Shown: positions 1-14,147, numbered from the stretch's first letter. The stretch is DNA of 64,000 nucleotides from Lingula anatina (GCA_051362555.1 CM120644.1:23334534-23398533), one strand, 5' to 3'. The notes: generated by a model not told the origin, from the letters alone. Numbers and translations: made by a program.

Positions 1-590
1 CACTTACTCCACGGGGACTCACTCTGAATGAAAAAACACCTTTTATGGCCACAATTTGGTCGAAGGAAGCTAAGATATGTTGTTACTCCGTGCATATGTC
101 ATTTGATTTTGAATGTACTGCTAACCCCCTTCCCATGCTCCTCCTTCCCCTTCCCAAAGGAATATAACATATATATTTTTACAAATGAAAATTAAATACA
201 GGATAATATTCGAATGTTTACTGGATTATCACACGAATAACTTCTTAGTTTCCGATGTCACAATTAATTTCGCCCTGTATTTCTTCTTCAATGTGACCTG
301 TGCACGCACGGACAGCCCAACCTCTGCTTGAACGTGGTGGAAAGGATTGGGGCTGCAAAGCACGGAGGGTAGGGAGGACAGTACAGTAATGTGTTAAATA
401 ATTTAAGAACAGAAGAAGGCAAATGAGAAGTGTGTATATTGTTAATCTTAAGAGAGTTGACAGTTTGATAAAGTCAACGTATGAGGTTGATATTGGAAAG
501 TACATGTACAGAACTACATCTAGCTTCTTGCCTTGAAAATGAAGAGAGAGAGAGAGCTATGGCACTGTATTGTTTTCCTAATGTTCTCAG

Positions 591-754
591 GTTCGCCACT
601 CACGTGGTGGTTCCTATCACCAGTGGTGCTGTGGTGAAGATTCCCGAGGGACTGGCGCCGGAATTCGCCTGTATGGTGCTGTGTAGTGGCATCACCACGT
701 ACAACGCCGTCCTGAAGACGAAAGAAAGAGTAACCGAAATGATCAGGATGAAAG
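591..754 (+). pseudogene. Internal exon of a Zn-dependent medium-chain alcohol dehydrogenase gene; gene truncated downstream
   Basis: ttctcag acceptor and gtaatg donor; encodes (G)FATHVVVP..VVKIPEGLAPEFACMVLCSGITTYNAV, matching the MDR/ADH pattern GGxAEY..KIP..LLCAGITTYNA. No later ADH exons are recognisable. Confidence 0.8.
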
Positions 755-873
755 GTAATGTATTCTTCAGAAAAGAATAACATCTGCAGTGTTATTGCAC
801 TGTTGATAGAAGAAAAATCGTATAGCCATGCTAGGGTGACATAAATCTATCCTCAACCGTCACCTCCTCTCTG

Positions 874-2399
874 TTTTTATGTACAGACACAGATGTGTCT
901 GTACATATAGCCGTCATCTGCGTCTGTCGTCGCAGTCGCCGTCGTCGCCGTCGCCGTGCACTTTTACCGATAACACGATAAGTGGAAAACTGTTTTTTTC
1001 TTTTTGTTTGAACCTTACAGAACTGATGAATATTCATATGCAGCACCGATAACACGATAAGTGGAAAATAATTTTACCTTTTGGCTTGAAACTTACAGAA
1101 CTGATGCATATACATAATACGGAGGTCAAGTTCGAAAATCAGCGTGATTGGGTCATTTTTAGTGAATTTAGGCTATTTTTTCTCTTTTTTCAGCATATGT
1201 GCAGCACCGATAACACGATAAGTGGAAAACCATTTTACCTTTTGGCTTGAAACTTACAGAACTGATAAATATTCATAATACGCAGGTCAAGTTCGAAAAT
1301 CAGCACGATCGGGTCACTTATAGGGAATTTATGCTGTTTTTTCACTTTTTTCAGTATATATGCAACACTGATAACACAATATAAGAAAAACAGATTGGCC
1401 AATTGTCATTATACTCACAGTAGGGGCCAATCTTACTAAAACGCAGGTTGAGTTTGAAAATCGGCATAATCAGTTCATTATTTTAGAAGTTATGCTGTTT
1501 TTTCACATTTCCTCACATTCAATTCTTAGGCATGTTAACAGTCTCATTATTGAACTAATAAGATACGTAAAAGTGTTTGTTTGACATTTCCTGCATCTTT
1601 ACAACATTGTTAGTTGATTTTTTAAAAATGATGGTAAACTTGTTATCATGTATTGTGTAATAAAGTGTCAAAAATGGAAATAAACTCATATCATTGCAGT
1701 TTGTCAGATGCATTCATCCACTATGTTCAGAATCTCAGAATGGAGGAAGTTGGACATTTAACACTGTTCTATTGATACTTTTCCCATCTCATCAATTTTC
1801 TTCATTGGTCATATAAAAATGGAAGTAAACTGTTTATTTTATTTTATGTTAAAAAAGTGTTAAAAATGGAAATAAACCCATTTCAGAACAGTGCTGTCTT
1901 GTTTACATTTTGGTATTTTCAATATGTGACTTTGAAGTTCCATGGGCCTGAAGACTTTTGCTTGTCACATTTTCTGAATAACCATGATACTAATATTTTA
2001 TAATTAAAAATTGATGGTCATTATGCTGTAAAACATTATGTAATATTCCATCAAAATTTGAAGAAACCCCTATTTTGGGCACTGCTCCCATGATGACCAT
2101 TTAAGGAAAATCATGTCACTTACTGTTCTCATACTTACAGGAAAGAAACATGGGACTAAAATACAGCTTCAGTAGGCAATGCAGTCTGTTTGGTAAATTT
2201 TTCTGGCAATTAAACAGTTTTTTGTGAAAATTTAATTTTTCACATATTGGCATTTCCAAGGTGTGACTTAGAACCTCCACGGGCTTGAAGACCCATGCTA
2301 GTCACATTTTGTGGAAATCCATGACACTTATATTTTATTATTAAAAATCAATGGTCATTATGCTGTAAAGCATTATGTAATGTTGCATCAAAATAGAAG
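874..2399 (+). mobile_element. Non-autonomous Helentron/DINE-1-like element, family 1, 3'-truncated
   Basis: T-run, 5' hairpin atgtacagacac-agat-gtgtctgtacat, (cgt/cgc)n microsatellite, ~160-bp internal repeats. Homologous to 12363-14147 but lacks the 3' end. Confidence 0.75.
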
Positions 2400-5300
2400 T
2401 AAGCGTGAAATTGATATTCAGTTTCATAAATGCTCAAATTACGATAGCACATACAGTATATCCTACAGGAAATGAATATCGCTTGGATAAAGTTGTAACT
2501 AGGCAGTGCTTTTAATAGACACGAGAAGCAGAAGAACTTCTACAGTATTAAGTGGAGGACTTCAGATCTTGATAATAATGATGAAATTTTGTGAATTTTC
2601 TTACGCTCTCGAATAAACCATACTTCTTTGTCCTGGTTTATTCTGTGAAATCTGGGCATATTGGCGATCGTTTTAAATGAGAAACTAAGTATTGTCAGTG
2701 AAAGTAAGGCACCATTGATATGACTTTTTCACCGGGGCACGTTCGGCCCCGGGGCACGTTCGGCTTTTACTCGTATTTTCCACAATTAACACTTTTGGTC
2801 CAGCATCGACCCCTTTACGTGTCACTTGATCTATTTAGCGGATTCTACGAAAATAAGGCTTCTGTGGTACACTCCGTTCGGAAGGTATGGTGGAAAAACT
2901 TATTTTTCACGTGGAGTTGTTATCTAGTTTTTTTTAAATTTTTCCTTAACGTGGGGTTATTTCAAACAACTAGTGTATGTTAAAATGTTCTTTGTGATTA
3001 AAGTTGATGTTATGCGTTTGAACGCTCTGTTGTTTCAAATGTTAGAATGTTTTCCCGTTGGATTAAATGTGGGGTTTCAATACTGACGTAGTTCAGTTCC
3101 TTCATGTTCTGTTATTGATATACTGTTACAAGTCATTTAGTAGATTTGTGGAATAAATTTTTCGCCCCCCCCCCCCATCATCAGCAACTGCTGTGCATCA
3201 GTCAAAGATGTGCAAAAGAAACAAGGGAGATATTATATACCGACTAATTTATGCCGGTATAAAGTTTCAAACAATCTGCTTTAATTTTGAGTGCCCGTAC
3301 AATGTTCTGCTGTGCTAGTATATGTTGTATAATCCAATCATTCCTCTGTCACAAAACTACCAAGGTTTTCTAAGTATTGTGGCATACATAACAAGCATCC
3401 AGTTTGGTAGTTGCTATGGATTATTAATATGATGTGGAATTCGATATTGTCATCAAATGCCATTTTGACACAGTTAAATCCATTCCTGATACCCTTACTG
3501 AGGTTAGGAATGCTTTAGTGCTGTATTGAATGCAGTTTTAATTTGTTGTTTGATGGTCTAGTATGTTATGAACAATACTACCCCCCCTCCAATAAAAAAA
3601 GGGATATGTGAATGAATGAATGAAAATGTGAAATGAGTTAATAGATAAATACATGAATAAATTACTGTTAAAATGAATTTAGTTTGTCACTAATGAAAAT
3701 GGGTCAGTTTTTGTCTAAAAGTTTGGACCAGTTTTTGAGCATATATATAGTTATTTTTATGAAACATGCCCCTGATGTACTTTTAATAAGAAAAGCTCTC
3801 CCAGTCAATTGATTTGTCATCATGACTAATTGGATTGGAGATTGATTAAGCATTATGCTGATTGCTTCTGTACTAGAAAGTACCAGGTAAATGCATGCAT
3901 TAATAGATACTTCCATCATTTCCACTTTCAATTGGCTGCATTGGTCTGTAGAGCCATTAAAAAGGGTTTAGAATTTAGGGTTATAATTAACGAAAGGCAT
4001 GCCATTTACATGTTGGACCTTAATATAGGAAGAGCAATTTTCCTAAATATGTCAAGTTTTTTCCCTTGATATGCCTTTTCCTTAAAAACCATTGAGAAAA
4101 TTAGATCTGCTAGTCTGTTTTTAAATAGAAGTAAAAAATACACCAAAGCTTGTAAAATAAGTTTTAGCTCCTAACCCCCAACTTGTACATCCGATGTAAA
4201 ATTTTTCATTTTGTGAATTGACATGAAGGAGAGAGCCTGTTTATCAGTCTATGTGCTTTGGTCACATGTACTAGAAGCTGGCCATGGAGTGTGTTTGCTC
4301 AGGTAATACAGGTGAACTCTGTTGTAATGTAAGCGGAACAAAGGGCACGCACCCTCCACTGCATGGAGGGCCATTGTGATGGACAAATCAACAGGAAAAT
4401 CCTAAGAAAATAAAGGAGTAATAGATGTAGGTGGGGTGACTGTGTGCAATACATAGGTTGTACATGCTGTCATTTCTTCACATTTTTAGCTGTCTGAGAT
4501 CACAAAGTTGAGGTCTTATTGACGAGAACTTTGACTCGACTCTCAGCTTGATATTTTTTCATGGCATTAATTGTTTATATTATTTGAGAATTCCCAATCG
4601 GTCTATTTGGGTGTACAGGTGGGATAAGGTTGATTCAGAAGCTAATACTTATACTGACTTTAAATAGTGCGGTTTGTGAAATGAAGATTTTAAATTAAAA
4701 TGAAAAATCCAGGTTAATAATATATGTACAAGTGCAGGTATTGTATACCAGGATGAGTCACCCAGTAATAATAACAACACAAACATCCCAGCTCCCATGC
4801 TGGCTGTGCCTTTATTATACCCAGCCTCTGATATTATCACCTAATTTAAAATGACATTTTTTTCTACCTTCCAGAGAGAAATTTACTGTGGGTCATTAGC
4901 CGTCTGTCCACTTCACGAAGGTGGGCCCTTGAAAATCTTGAATATTTGTGAAGAACTTACAAAGAAGCACAAACAAGTGGAATGACTAATTATATAGAGC
5001 AGGTTGTAGGGACTTTGTACAAGCTGGTGAACCTTTGGGACTTGGAGAAAATGTTGAGTATTTGAGACTTGTTACAGTTGAAGCAGAATGTAGATGGAGT
5101 CTCCATGGAACTGTGGGTGGAGTTGTGAAGGCTTAGGTGAACAGCTGAGCTGTTGACTGTCTAAAAAACTACAGCAGAGAAGGAGAAGTGAGGTTGCCAC
5201 AGCCAACATCTTCATTGAGGAAGTTTAAGTTTAGGCAACAAAACTAAGAAGACATGGCGTACCAAGTGGTCACCCCCTCTCATATGATGGGATTGAAGGT

Positions 5301-7239
5301 AAAATAGTACTTTGTCTCTCTCCCTCTCTCTGTCTCTCTCTGCACACCCACACATTAAGTCAACATCACATTTAAGTAAGTGTTTACATAAATGCCAACA
5401 TTTTCATTATTTTACAGGCACCTTGCATGTTATTCTCATTATTACAACAGGCTTTGCACTTAACATGTGTCACCTTGGTACATATTAACACAGTGATCGT
5501 TTGTATGTAGTCTACCTGCACTCATCTGTTTGTTCTGCCAGTTCCTGCTACGTACATGATAAACCTGGTATTTGACCAGTGTTATCTGTGCTAAAGTAAT
5601 TACTCACTAATCTTTCTGCTTTAATCTCCAAACTGGGGGTAATTTACACATGAATTTTTGATAATGAATCCCAGACTGTGTCACAGTAACATAAGGCATC
5701 ATTTTTGAGTGATTTTTTATGTTCTCGACAATAACCGCAGAGTGCAGAATGTTGTTTGCCACTCTCAGTATACATTTTAGTGCCTGTTTGATACTGGAAT
5801 TATTACTCTGAATTGGCTTTAATTATTCTACTTGTCAATTATTTTTTCAAGACCAGTCATTTTGAGACACTGACAAAAACCTTTCTTTAACCCAGCTCAG
5901 TCTCAGAGTTTTTTTTATCCCTTAATACTCAGGTATATAAATGTCAAAACTGTTTTGTTTGAAAATATATCACAGTATTTGTTCAAATTTATACATGGTT
6001 TTGTCTCACACCTGCAGTCAAATAGACTTACCAGAATTATTTCCCTAAAGTGCCACAAGTAATTAGATATGACTTAAGATTATTATTGAAATATTTGCAG
6101 GCATTTGCATCTTACCTTGGCTTAAATATTTCTAAAGTTAATCCCTGCTAAAGTCCTAATTTATTTAGTGAAATGTCAGTAAATTGGTCAGAGTGACTTG
6201 GAGAAATAGTTGAGAAATGTAGCAGTTACTGTGTTCAAAACATCTCAGTGCCCTGAATTATTGAATATGCTTCATTCTTGGCCAAAAAAAAAAAAAAAGA
6301 AAAAAAGGAGTAAATATCTCATTAAACATGAAGATTTGTGCAAGTACTATTGCTATTGAACTGGGAGATTTGATTTTATAGTTAACTGTAGTATATTTTA
6401 TTGGTTGATGATAAAAAAGTAAAAAGAATAATTACAACATTTTCATTAAATACTATGGTTTCCAATGAATGTGGTAAATATGCCAGGAAGGCGCAACAAA
6501 TAAATAAGTGTCTGTCAGCTTTAATTTTTTTTCATCTTCTTCTCTCTCACAGCACAGGGAGCCAGTGTTTAAGACACCTATGACTTTCAGTCCTCGTTTG
6601 GTAGGAGAGCAGGCAAGACCATCCCCATCCAGAGTTGATGTGTGGAGGGAACAGCTAGGCTTAGATGGTAAGGAAAGGCTAAATAAACCTGTACATGTAC
6701 TGTTATGTCCTTAAAAAGCTTATAATGTTACTTTTGTTCGAGAAAAAATTGATCTTGATAGTCTAACATTGAAATAGAACCACATATGTTTTATCACAAA
6801 TTTCACTGTTTGGAAATTTGTCAATATTTGGGGTTCATATCTTATCAGAGGAGTATAAAAAGTTGTAAAAAGTTCAGTTTATCAGTGTGATTTATGCTTT
6901 TGGTATGGCTTTATTTTTTCTACTTATTTATCATTTGAAAATACACAATTTATATTTGAATAATTTGATAAAAATGCTATTATATTGCTGACATTGTATT
7001 TCTCTGTTCTGTGCCCAGATGACCCGTATGGATGTAATGGTCAGCCGGACATGCCCAGCTCTGATGAAGAAGAAGTAGAGCAGTATCAGCCACAGGGTGA
7101 GCAAGTCCACTCAGCCATCTGGGGCTGGTTTTACTGGAAGTCTAAAGTAAGTTTTGGGGCTTACATCTTTGCCTGATAGAGGACTAAATTTTTTTTAATA
7201 GTATCAGAGATCTGAATGTCCTTTGTCTGTATATCAAGT

Positions 7240-10200
7240 TTATTGTACCACCAGCGTAGGCGCTGGCGGTACACATGGTTTTAGTCCCGACCCGCATGTT
7301 CCACCGGCTCCGTTGGCTCCGCCGGCTCCTCTGGCTCCGTCACCATCTCACCATTACCGCTGCTCCTCCTAGACGGTAAGGGCCTCCGTACCCATCTCTT
7401 GGATTTAGGTCACCTATAATCTCAACTCGTTCCACGTAAAATTTGGGCTTTGTCGGTGCTGGGGTCTAGGTGTGGCACTCATTACAATACACCCTTGTCC
7501 AAAAATGGCAAAATTACATGCTAATTATCTCCCCTACGGAAGGAATTATGGGAAACATTTCTACAGACAGCTTTCCAAAAGTCATAAGATATCGAAACTG
7601 AAAACTGTCTCTAATTCGGGAACCGTTAATGCTAGACATCCATTCTTTTTTGCATTTTGTAGAGCATGTGAAGCCCAACACTGAACGTGGTCTCTGTTTT
7701 TTTTGTATTCCATACGGTTTTCGAGTTACGCTGTATCAAAAAGTACATATTGGTGGTGAAAGCAAAATGTGCAGTACGGTAATGGATAATAAATTTTGAA
7801 CTCCGGAAAAATAAAACATAAGGCTTGGCAAAGCAGACAACTTGTGGTCAAAAATGACATTATTTCATCAAATTTGAACATCTGGAACTTCAGAGCACCT
7901 CCCATTTCAAGAATTTTGACCAAAACGACCTTTTCTTTATTTTAATTAATTTTTTCTGTAGGAAATTTATGGCACATTATGGTAACTCCACAATTATAAC
8001 ATTTAGTCCCTTATATCTCCAAAACTGGCAGAGATAGGTCCATAGTTACTATTGAAGTTGAATAGGAAGTCATATACTGGCAATCTGAATGTGACCTTAA
8101 AATTGACCTTTGACCTACTTTTCACCATGAACTGAACTTTGCAAATTTTGCTTCCTTTTTATCTCCAAAACTGGCAGAGATAGGTCCATAGTTTCTATTG
8201 AACTTGAATAGGAAGTCATATACTGGCAATCTTAACGTGACCTTAAAATTGGCCTTTGACCTACTTTTCACCATGAACTGAACTTTGCAAATTTTGCTTC
8301 CCTTTTATCTCCAAAACTGGCAGAGATAGGTCCATAGTCTCTATTGAAGTTGAATAGGAAGTCATATACTGGCAATCTACATGTGACCTTAAAATTGACC
8401 TTTGACCTACTTTTCACCATGAACTGAACTTTGCATATTTTGCTTCCCTTTTATCTCCAAAACTGGCAGAGATAGGTCCATAGTTTCTATTGAAGTTGAA
8501 TAGGAAGTCATATACTGGCAATCTAAATGTGACCTTAAAATTGACCTTTGACCTACTTTTCACCATGAACTGAACTTTGCAAATTTTGCTTCCCTTTTAT
8601 CTCCAAAACTGGCAGAGATAGGCCCATAGTCTCTATTGAACTTGAATAGGAAGTCATATACTGGCAATCTACATGTGACCTTAAAATTGACCTTTGACCT
8701 ACTTTTCACCATGAACTGAACTTTGCAAATTTTGAGTCCCTTTTATCTCCAAAACTGGCAGAGATAGGTCCATAGTCTCTATTGAAGTTGAATAGGAAGT
8801 CATATACTGGCAATCTAAATGTGACCTTAAAATTGACCTTTGACCTACTTTTCACCATGAACTGAACTTTGCAAATTTTGAGTCCCTTTTATCTCCAAAA
8901 CTGGCAGAGATAGGTCCATAGTCTCTATTGAAGTTGAATAGGAAGTCATATACTGGCAATCTAAATGTGACCTTAAAATTGACCTTTGACCTACTTTTCA
9001 CCATGAACTGAACTTTGCAAATTTTGCTTCCCTTTTATCTCCAAAGTTACGCTGTATCAAAAAGTACATATTGGTGGTGAAAGCAAAATGTGCAGTACGG
9101 TAATGGATAATAAATTTTGAACTCCGGAAAAATAAAACATAAGGCTTGGCAAAGCAGACAACTTGTGGTCAAAAATGACATTATTAGTACCACCAGCGTG
9201 TAAGCTGGCGGTACTCATGGTTTTAGTCCCGACCCGTCTCGTACAGCTCCGCCGGCTCCTGCGGCTCCTGCGGCTCCTGCGGCTCCGCAGGATGACGTGG
9301 GATACGAGTCACCGTTACCGCTTCTCCTCCTAGACCGCAAGGACCTGTGTCCCCATCTCTTGGATTTAGGTCACATATAATCTCAACTTGAACCCCCAGG
9401 TTTTTTTGTCTCAGTTGGTGCATTGACCTGGGCGTGACGCTCGTTGAAATGCACCCTTGTCAAAAATTTTGAAAATTCAATGCTAAATATCTCCCAAACC
9501 GATGGAATTATGGGAAAAATTACAACAGATGGCTGACCAAAAGTCATATGTGAGGATTTCAAATATGCCCTTGGATTTGACCTTTGACCTTTATTTCAAG
9601 GTCAAACAGGCCAAAATTTTCTAAAAATGGGAATTTTTTGCGAGAAAATTATTATTTCAGCCGATATTTAGAAACGAAACATATCTTACCTATAATATTA
9701 TGGGCAGGTGTTACCCTTAGGGTCATCTTTCATTTTCGTGAATTTGGGGTCAATCGGTGCATTTTCATGGTAGTAGCGGCCATTAGATGCCGAAACTGAA
9801 AATTCTCTCTAATTCTGGAACCGTTAATGCTAGAGACCTCTTGTTTTTTGCATTTTGTAGAACTTGTCAAGGGCAGCACTGGGGGTGGTGTCCATTTTTT
9901 TTGTTTTTGATACGGCTTAGGCATTGCACTAATCAAAAAGTTCAACATCCAAAATTCAGTGGTGAAAATAAAATGTGAATTACTCAAAAATTAGCAGAGA
10001 TAAGCCCTTAGTTACTATTGAACTTGAATAGGAAGTCATATACTGATAATCTAACTGTGACCTTGAAATTGACCTTTGACCTACTTTTCACCATGAACTG
10101 AACTTTGCAAAAATTATCTCCCTTATATCTCGAAAACTGGCAGAGATACACCCATAGTTACTATTGAACCTGAACAGGAAGTCATATACTGGCAATCTAA

Positions 10201-10410
10201 CTGTGACCTTGAAATTAACCTTTGACCTACTTTTTATGATGAACTATACTTTGCATGTTTTCTGGCCTCTTTATCTACAAAATTAGCAAGGAGATACCCA
10301 TAGTTACTATTTAACTTGAATAGGAAATCATATACCATGAACTGACCTTTGCATATTTTCTTGCCCCTCATATCTTCAAAACTAGCAGAGATATGCTCAG
10401 TGTTGCCCTT
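7240..10410 (+). mobile_element. Helentron-like element family 2, rearranged, with a second family-2 5' end nested at ~9181
   Basis: 5' hairpin gtaccaccagcg-tagg-cgctggcggtac, ggctcc repeats and a 146-bp array. A second hairpin lies at 9187-9214. The 3' end seen in copy B is absent. Confidence 0.75.
8015..9045 (+). repeat. 146-bp tandem repeat, 7 highly homogeneous units
   Basis: atctccaaa recurs at 8015, 8161, 8307, 8453, 8599, 8745, 8891 and 9037. Confidence 0.95.
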
Positions 10411-10495
10411 ACGTTTTCTCTTTTGTCAGCATATATGCAACACTGATAACACATTTCAAGGAAAACCAATAGGCCTATTGTCTGGAGTGGCAGTA

Positions 10496-11262
10496 TGACA
10501 TCACAGTCAGTATAATGGAGATCTACAATGAAATGATCAGGTAAAGTGTGACATCACAGTCAGTGTGATGGAGATCTACAATGAAATGATCGGGTAAAGT
10601 GTGACATCACAGTCAGTGTGATGGAGATCTTCAATGAAATGATCAGGTAAAGTGTGACATCACAGTCAGTGTGATGGAGATCTACAATGAAATGATCAGG
10701 TAAAGTGTGACATCACAGTCAGTGTGATGGAGATCTACAATGAAATGATCAGGTAATGTGTGACATCACAGTCAGTGTGATGGAGATCTACAATTGATCA
10801 GGTAAAGTTGTGATGTCACAGTCAGTGTGATGGAGATGTACAATGAAATGATCAGTTAAAGTGTGACATCACAGTCAGTGTGATGGAGATCTACAATGAA
10901 ATGATCGGGTAAAGTGTGACATCACAGTCAGTGTGATGGAGATCTACAATGAAATGATCAGGTAAAGTGTGACATCACAGTCAGTGTGATGGAGATCTAC
11001 AATGAAATGATCAGGTAAAGTGTGACATCACAGTCAGTGTGATGGAGATCTACAATGAAATGATCAGGTAAAGTGTGACATCACAGTCAGTGTGATGGAG
11101 ATCTACAATGAAATGATCAGGTAAAGTGTGACATCACAGTCAGTGTGATGGAGATCTACAATGAAATGATCAGGTAAAGTGTGACATCACAGTCAGTGTG
11201 ATGGAGATCTACAATTGATCAGGTAAAGTGTGATGTCACAGTCAGTTTGATGGAGATCTACA
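10496..11262 (+). repeat. 53-bp minisatellite (~14.5 units) derived from a KIFC3 exon end plus 5' splice site
   Basis: Unit tgacatcacagtcagtgtgatggagatctacaatgaaatgatcag|gtaaagtg, encoding DITVSVMEIYNEMI followed by the donor. Confidence 0.95.
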
Positions 11263-12362
11263 GTAGCACTACTATTTTCTGGTAATTGACTGATAAATTA
11301 TGCGTTGGAGTATAGTAAAAAACATTGGTCTGGATTTATCTGGAATTTAGCAGTAAGATTTATTTCATTGATCATATATGTCATCTAGCTCCTTAAATAT
11401 GATACTTTACATAGGCACGACTCTAGAACAATATCAGTAATTAAATATATTATATAAAATCCATGTTAAATATTTATATAAATTAAAAAGTATATATAAT
11501 TAATGTGATATAAATATGAATTTTATTAAATATCAGATACTTGTTGAGTTCTTAGCCCATCTATGAAACAGATGTAAAGACGATCAGTCCCAAATCTGGT
11601 AGATAACAGTATAACATACAATATGATTTTAATGTTATCAACCCCCAGAGACCTTTTGAGTTCTGACCCCAGCTACAAGATGGAGGTGAAGATGAGCCCC
11701 GAGGGGGGTCTGTATGTCCCAGGGCTGACCACCATCAGGGTCCAGTCTGTGGAGGACATTAATGAGGTGAGGACATCGACTAAGTTACCATGCCAACATG
11801 ATATAAGGTGCTTTGGTCACACATTTATGGAATTGCAATCTGTACAAACATAAGCACGTGCTCGTCCATATATTTTGGTATATTGTCCTTCTGACTGAAA
11901 AGACTAAAATTTATTGGCATGCACATATAGACAGATGGACAGCACGCACACGTGCACACACACTCGCATGCACTGTTTTAAATGAAATGTGTGCATGGAT
12001 TGGAAAAGTTGGTTATCGATCTTTAAAAGCATCAAAATGACAATTAAAAATGTGTATATTATAGTATTTCACACCAGTACTTTGCCATCTTCATCAATAG
12101 CAGACAGCCTGTTGTTTTAAAAGACTTCCTGTGAGAGTGTATATCTTGTTCCTTTCAGACCTTTGCCCTAGGACACAGGAACAGAGCAACAGCATGCACG
12201 AACATGAATGAGCACTCCTCACTCCTCCCGCTCGCATGCTCTGCTCTGTGTGAACGTGATTGGGAGGAACAAAACTACTGGAGCCAAGACTGTGGGTGAG
12301 TAGAAATGGTAAAATCAATAAAAATAGATAAAACAATCCTTTATTTCAGATACACAGCTCTG

Positions 12363-13602
12363 TTTTTTTTATGTACAGACACAGATGTGTCTGTACATAT
12401 TTCCATCACCTGCGTCTGTCGTCGCCAGCGCCGTGCACTTTCCTTGTAAACACGATAAGTGGAAGGCAGTTTTACTTTTTGGCTTTATATTTACAGAGCT
12501 GATGAATATTCATAAAACGCAGGTCAAGTTCGAAAATCAGCATGATCGGGTCATTATTGTAGAAGTTATGCTGTTTTTTCACTTTTCAGCATATATGCAA
12601 CACTGTAAACACATTTCAAGGAAAACCGATAGGCCTGTTGTCATGAAACTTACAGGTGTAATCGATCTTACTAAAACGCAGGTCAAGTTAAAAAAATTGG
12701 CATGATCGGGCCACAATTTTAGTAGTTATGCTCTTTTTTTTTTCACTTTTCAGCATATATGCAACACTGTAAACACAATATAAGAAAAACAGATAGGCCA
12801 ATTGTCATTAAACTCACAGGAGTGGTCAATCCTGTTAAAACGCAGGTTGAGTTAAAAAAATCAGCATAAACGGGCCATTATTTTAGAAGTTATGCTGTTT
12901 TTTCACATTTCCTCAGATTCAATTCTTAGGCATGTTAACAGTTTCATTATTTAATTAATAAGATATGTAAAAGTGTTTGTTTGACATTTCCTGCATCTTT
13001 ACAACATTGTTAGTTGATTTTGTAAAAATGATGGTAAACTTGTTGTCGTGTATTATGTAATAAAGTTTCAAAAATGGAAATAAACTCATATCATTGCAGT
13101 TTGTCACATTCAATCATTCACTATGTTCAGAATCTCAGAATGGAAGAAATTGGACATTTAACACTGCTCTATTGATATTTTTCCCATCTCATCAATTTTC
13201 TTAGTTGATCATATAAAAACGGTAGTAAACTGTTAATTTTGTTTTATGTTAGAAATTGTTAAAACTGGAAAAAAAAACATTTTGATGTCTTGTTTACATT
13301 TTGGCATTTTCAAGTTGTGACTTTGAAGTTCCATCAGCCTGAAGACCTTTGCTAGTCACATTTTCTGAATATCCATAATACTAATATTTTATTATTAAAA
13401 TTGATGATCATTATGCTGTTAAACATTATGTAATATTGCATCAAAATTTGAAAAAAAAAACTATTTTGGGCACTGCTCCCATGATGACCATTTAAGAAAA
13501 AACATGTCACTTACTGTTCTCAAACTTACAGGAAAGAAACATGGGACTAAAATACAGCTTCAGTAGGCAATGCAGTCTGTCTGGTAATTCTTACTGCCAG
13601 TT

Positions 13603-13635
<33 letters not shown>

Positions 13636-14147
13636 GTGAAAATTTAATTTTTCACATATTTTCAAGGTGTGACTTTGAAGTTCCACGGGCTTGAAGACCC
13701 ATGCTAGTCACATTTTCTGAAAATCCATGATACGTATATTTTATTATTAAAAATTAACAGTCATTATGCTGTTAACCATTATGTAATATGGCATCAGAAT
13801 AGAAGAAAACACAATTTTGGGTGCTGCTGCCATGATGACCATTATGGGAAAACCATGTTACTTATGATTGCCAAACTTTCAAAAAAGAAATACAGGACTA
13901 AAATGCAGCCTGAGTTGGAAAAACAGTCTAATTGGCTTCTTTTTCTGGAAGTTATATATTTTCAAAGTGTGAACTTGTTACACATTTTACTTACATTGGT
14001 ATTACCTGTTGAGCATAATTAAAATTTGATGTTGAATTTGCAGTTTAACATAATGTACTTTTGCATCAGAATTGACAGTAGCCTATTTTGTGCATAGTTA
14101 TTTCCTGTTTTTTGTCTGTACATTTGACAGCTTTGCTGCCTTGTTTT
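12363..14147 (+). mobile_element. Complete non-autonomous Helentron/DINE-1-like element, family 1
   Basis: 5' T-run and hairpin; 3' subterminal inverted repeat tgtctgtacat (14113-14123) complementary to 5' atgtacagaca; then a short stem-loop cagc-ttt-gctg and a T-run; no TSD. Confidence 0.8.

Larger units (their letters stand above)
5254..12295 (+). pseudogene. KIFC3: KIFC3-like kinesin-14 pseudogene, copy A (internally deleted, 3'-truncated)
   Basis: Exons 5254-5298, 6553-6667, 7019-7096, partial 10481-10540, 11649-11766, 12159-12295. Coiled-coil, neck and P-loop exons are missing relative to copy B. A 7-bp duplication (cactcct, 12213-12226) frameshifts switch I. Confidence 0.85.

Noticed and set aside
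2730-2890. cggggcacgttcggc direct repeat and a possible non-coding first KIFC3 exon ending at 2884
   Set aside because: Cannot distinguish a promoter from a DNA-transposon end; no partner TIR or transcript evidence.
10496-11262. CRISPR-like appearance of regular repeats
   Set aside because: No unique spacers and no cas genes; the context is eukaryotic and the unit derives from an exon.
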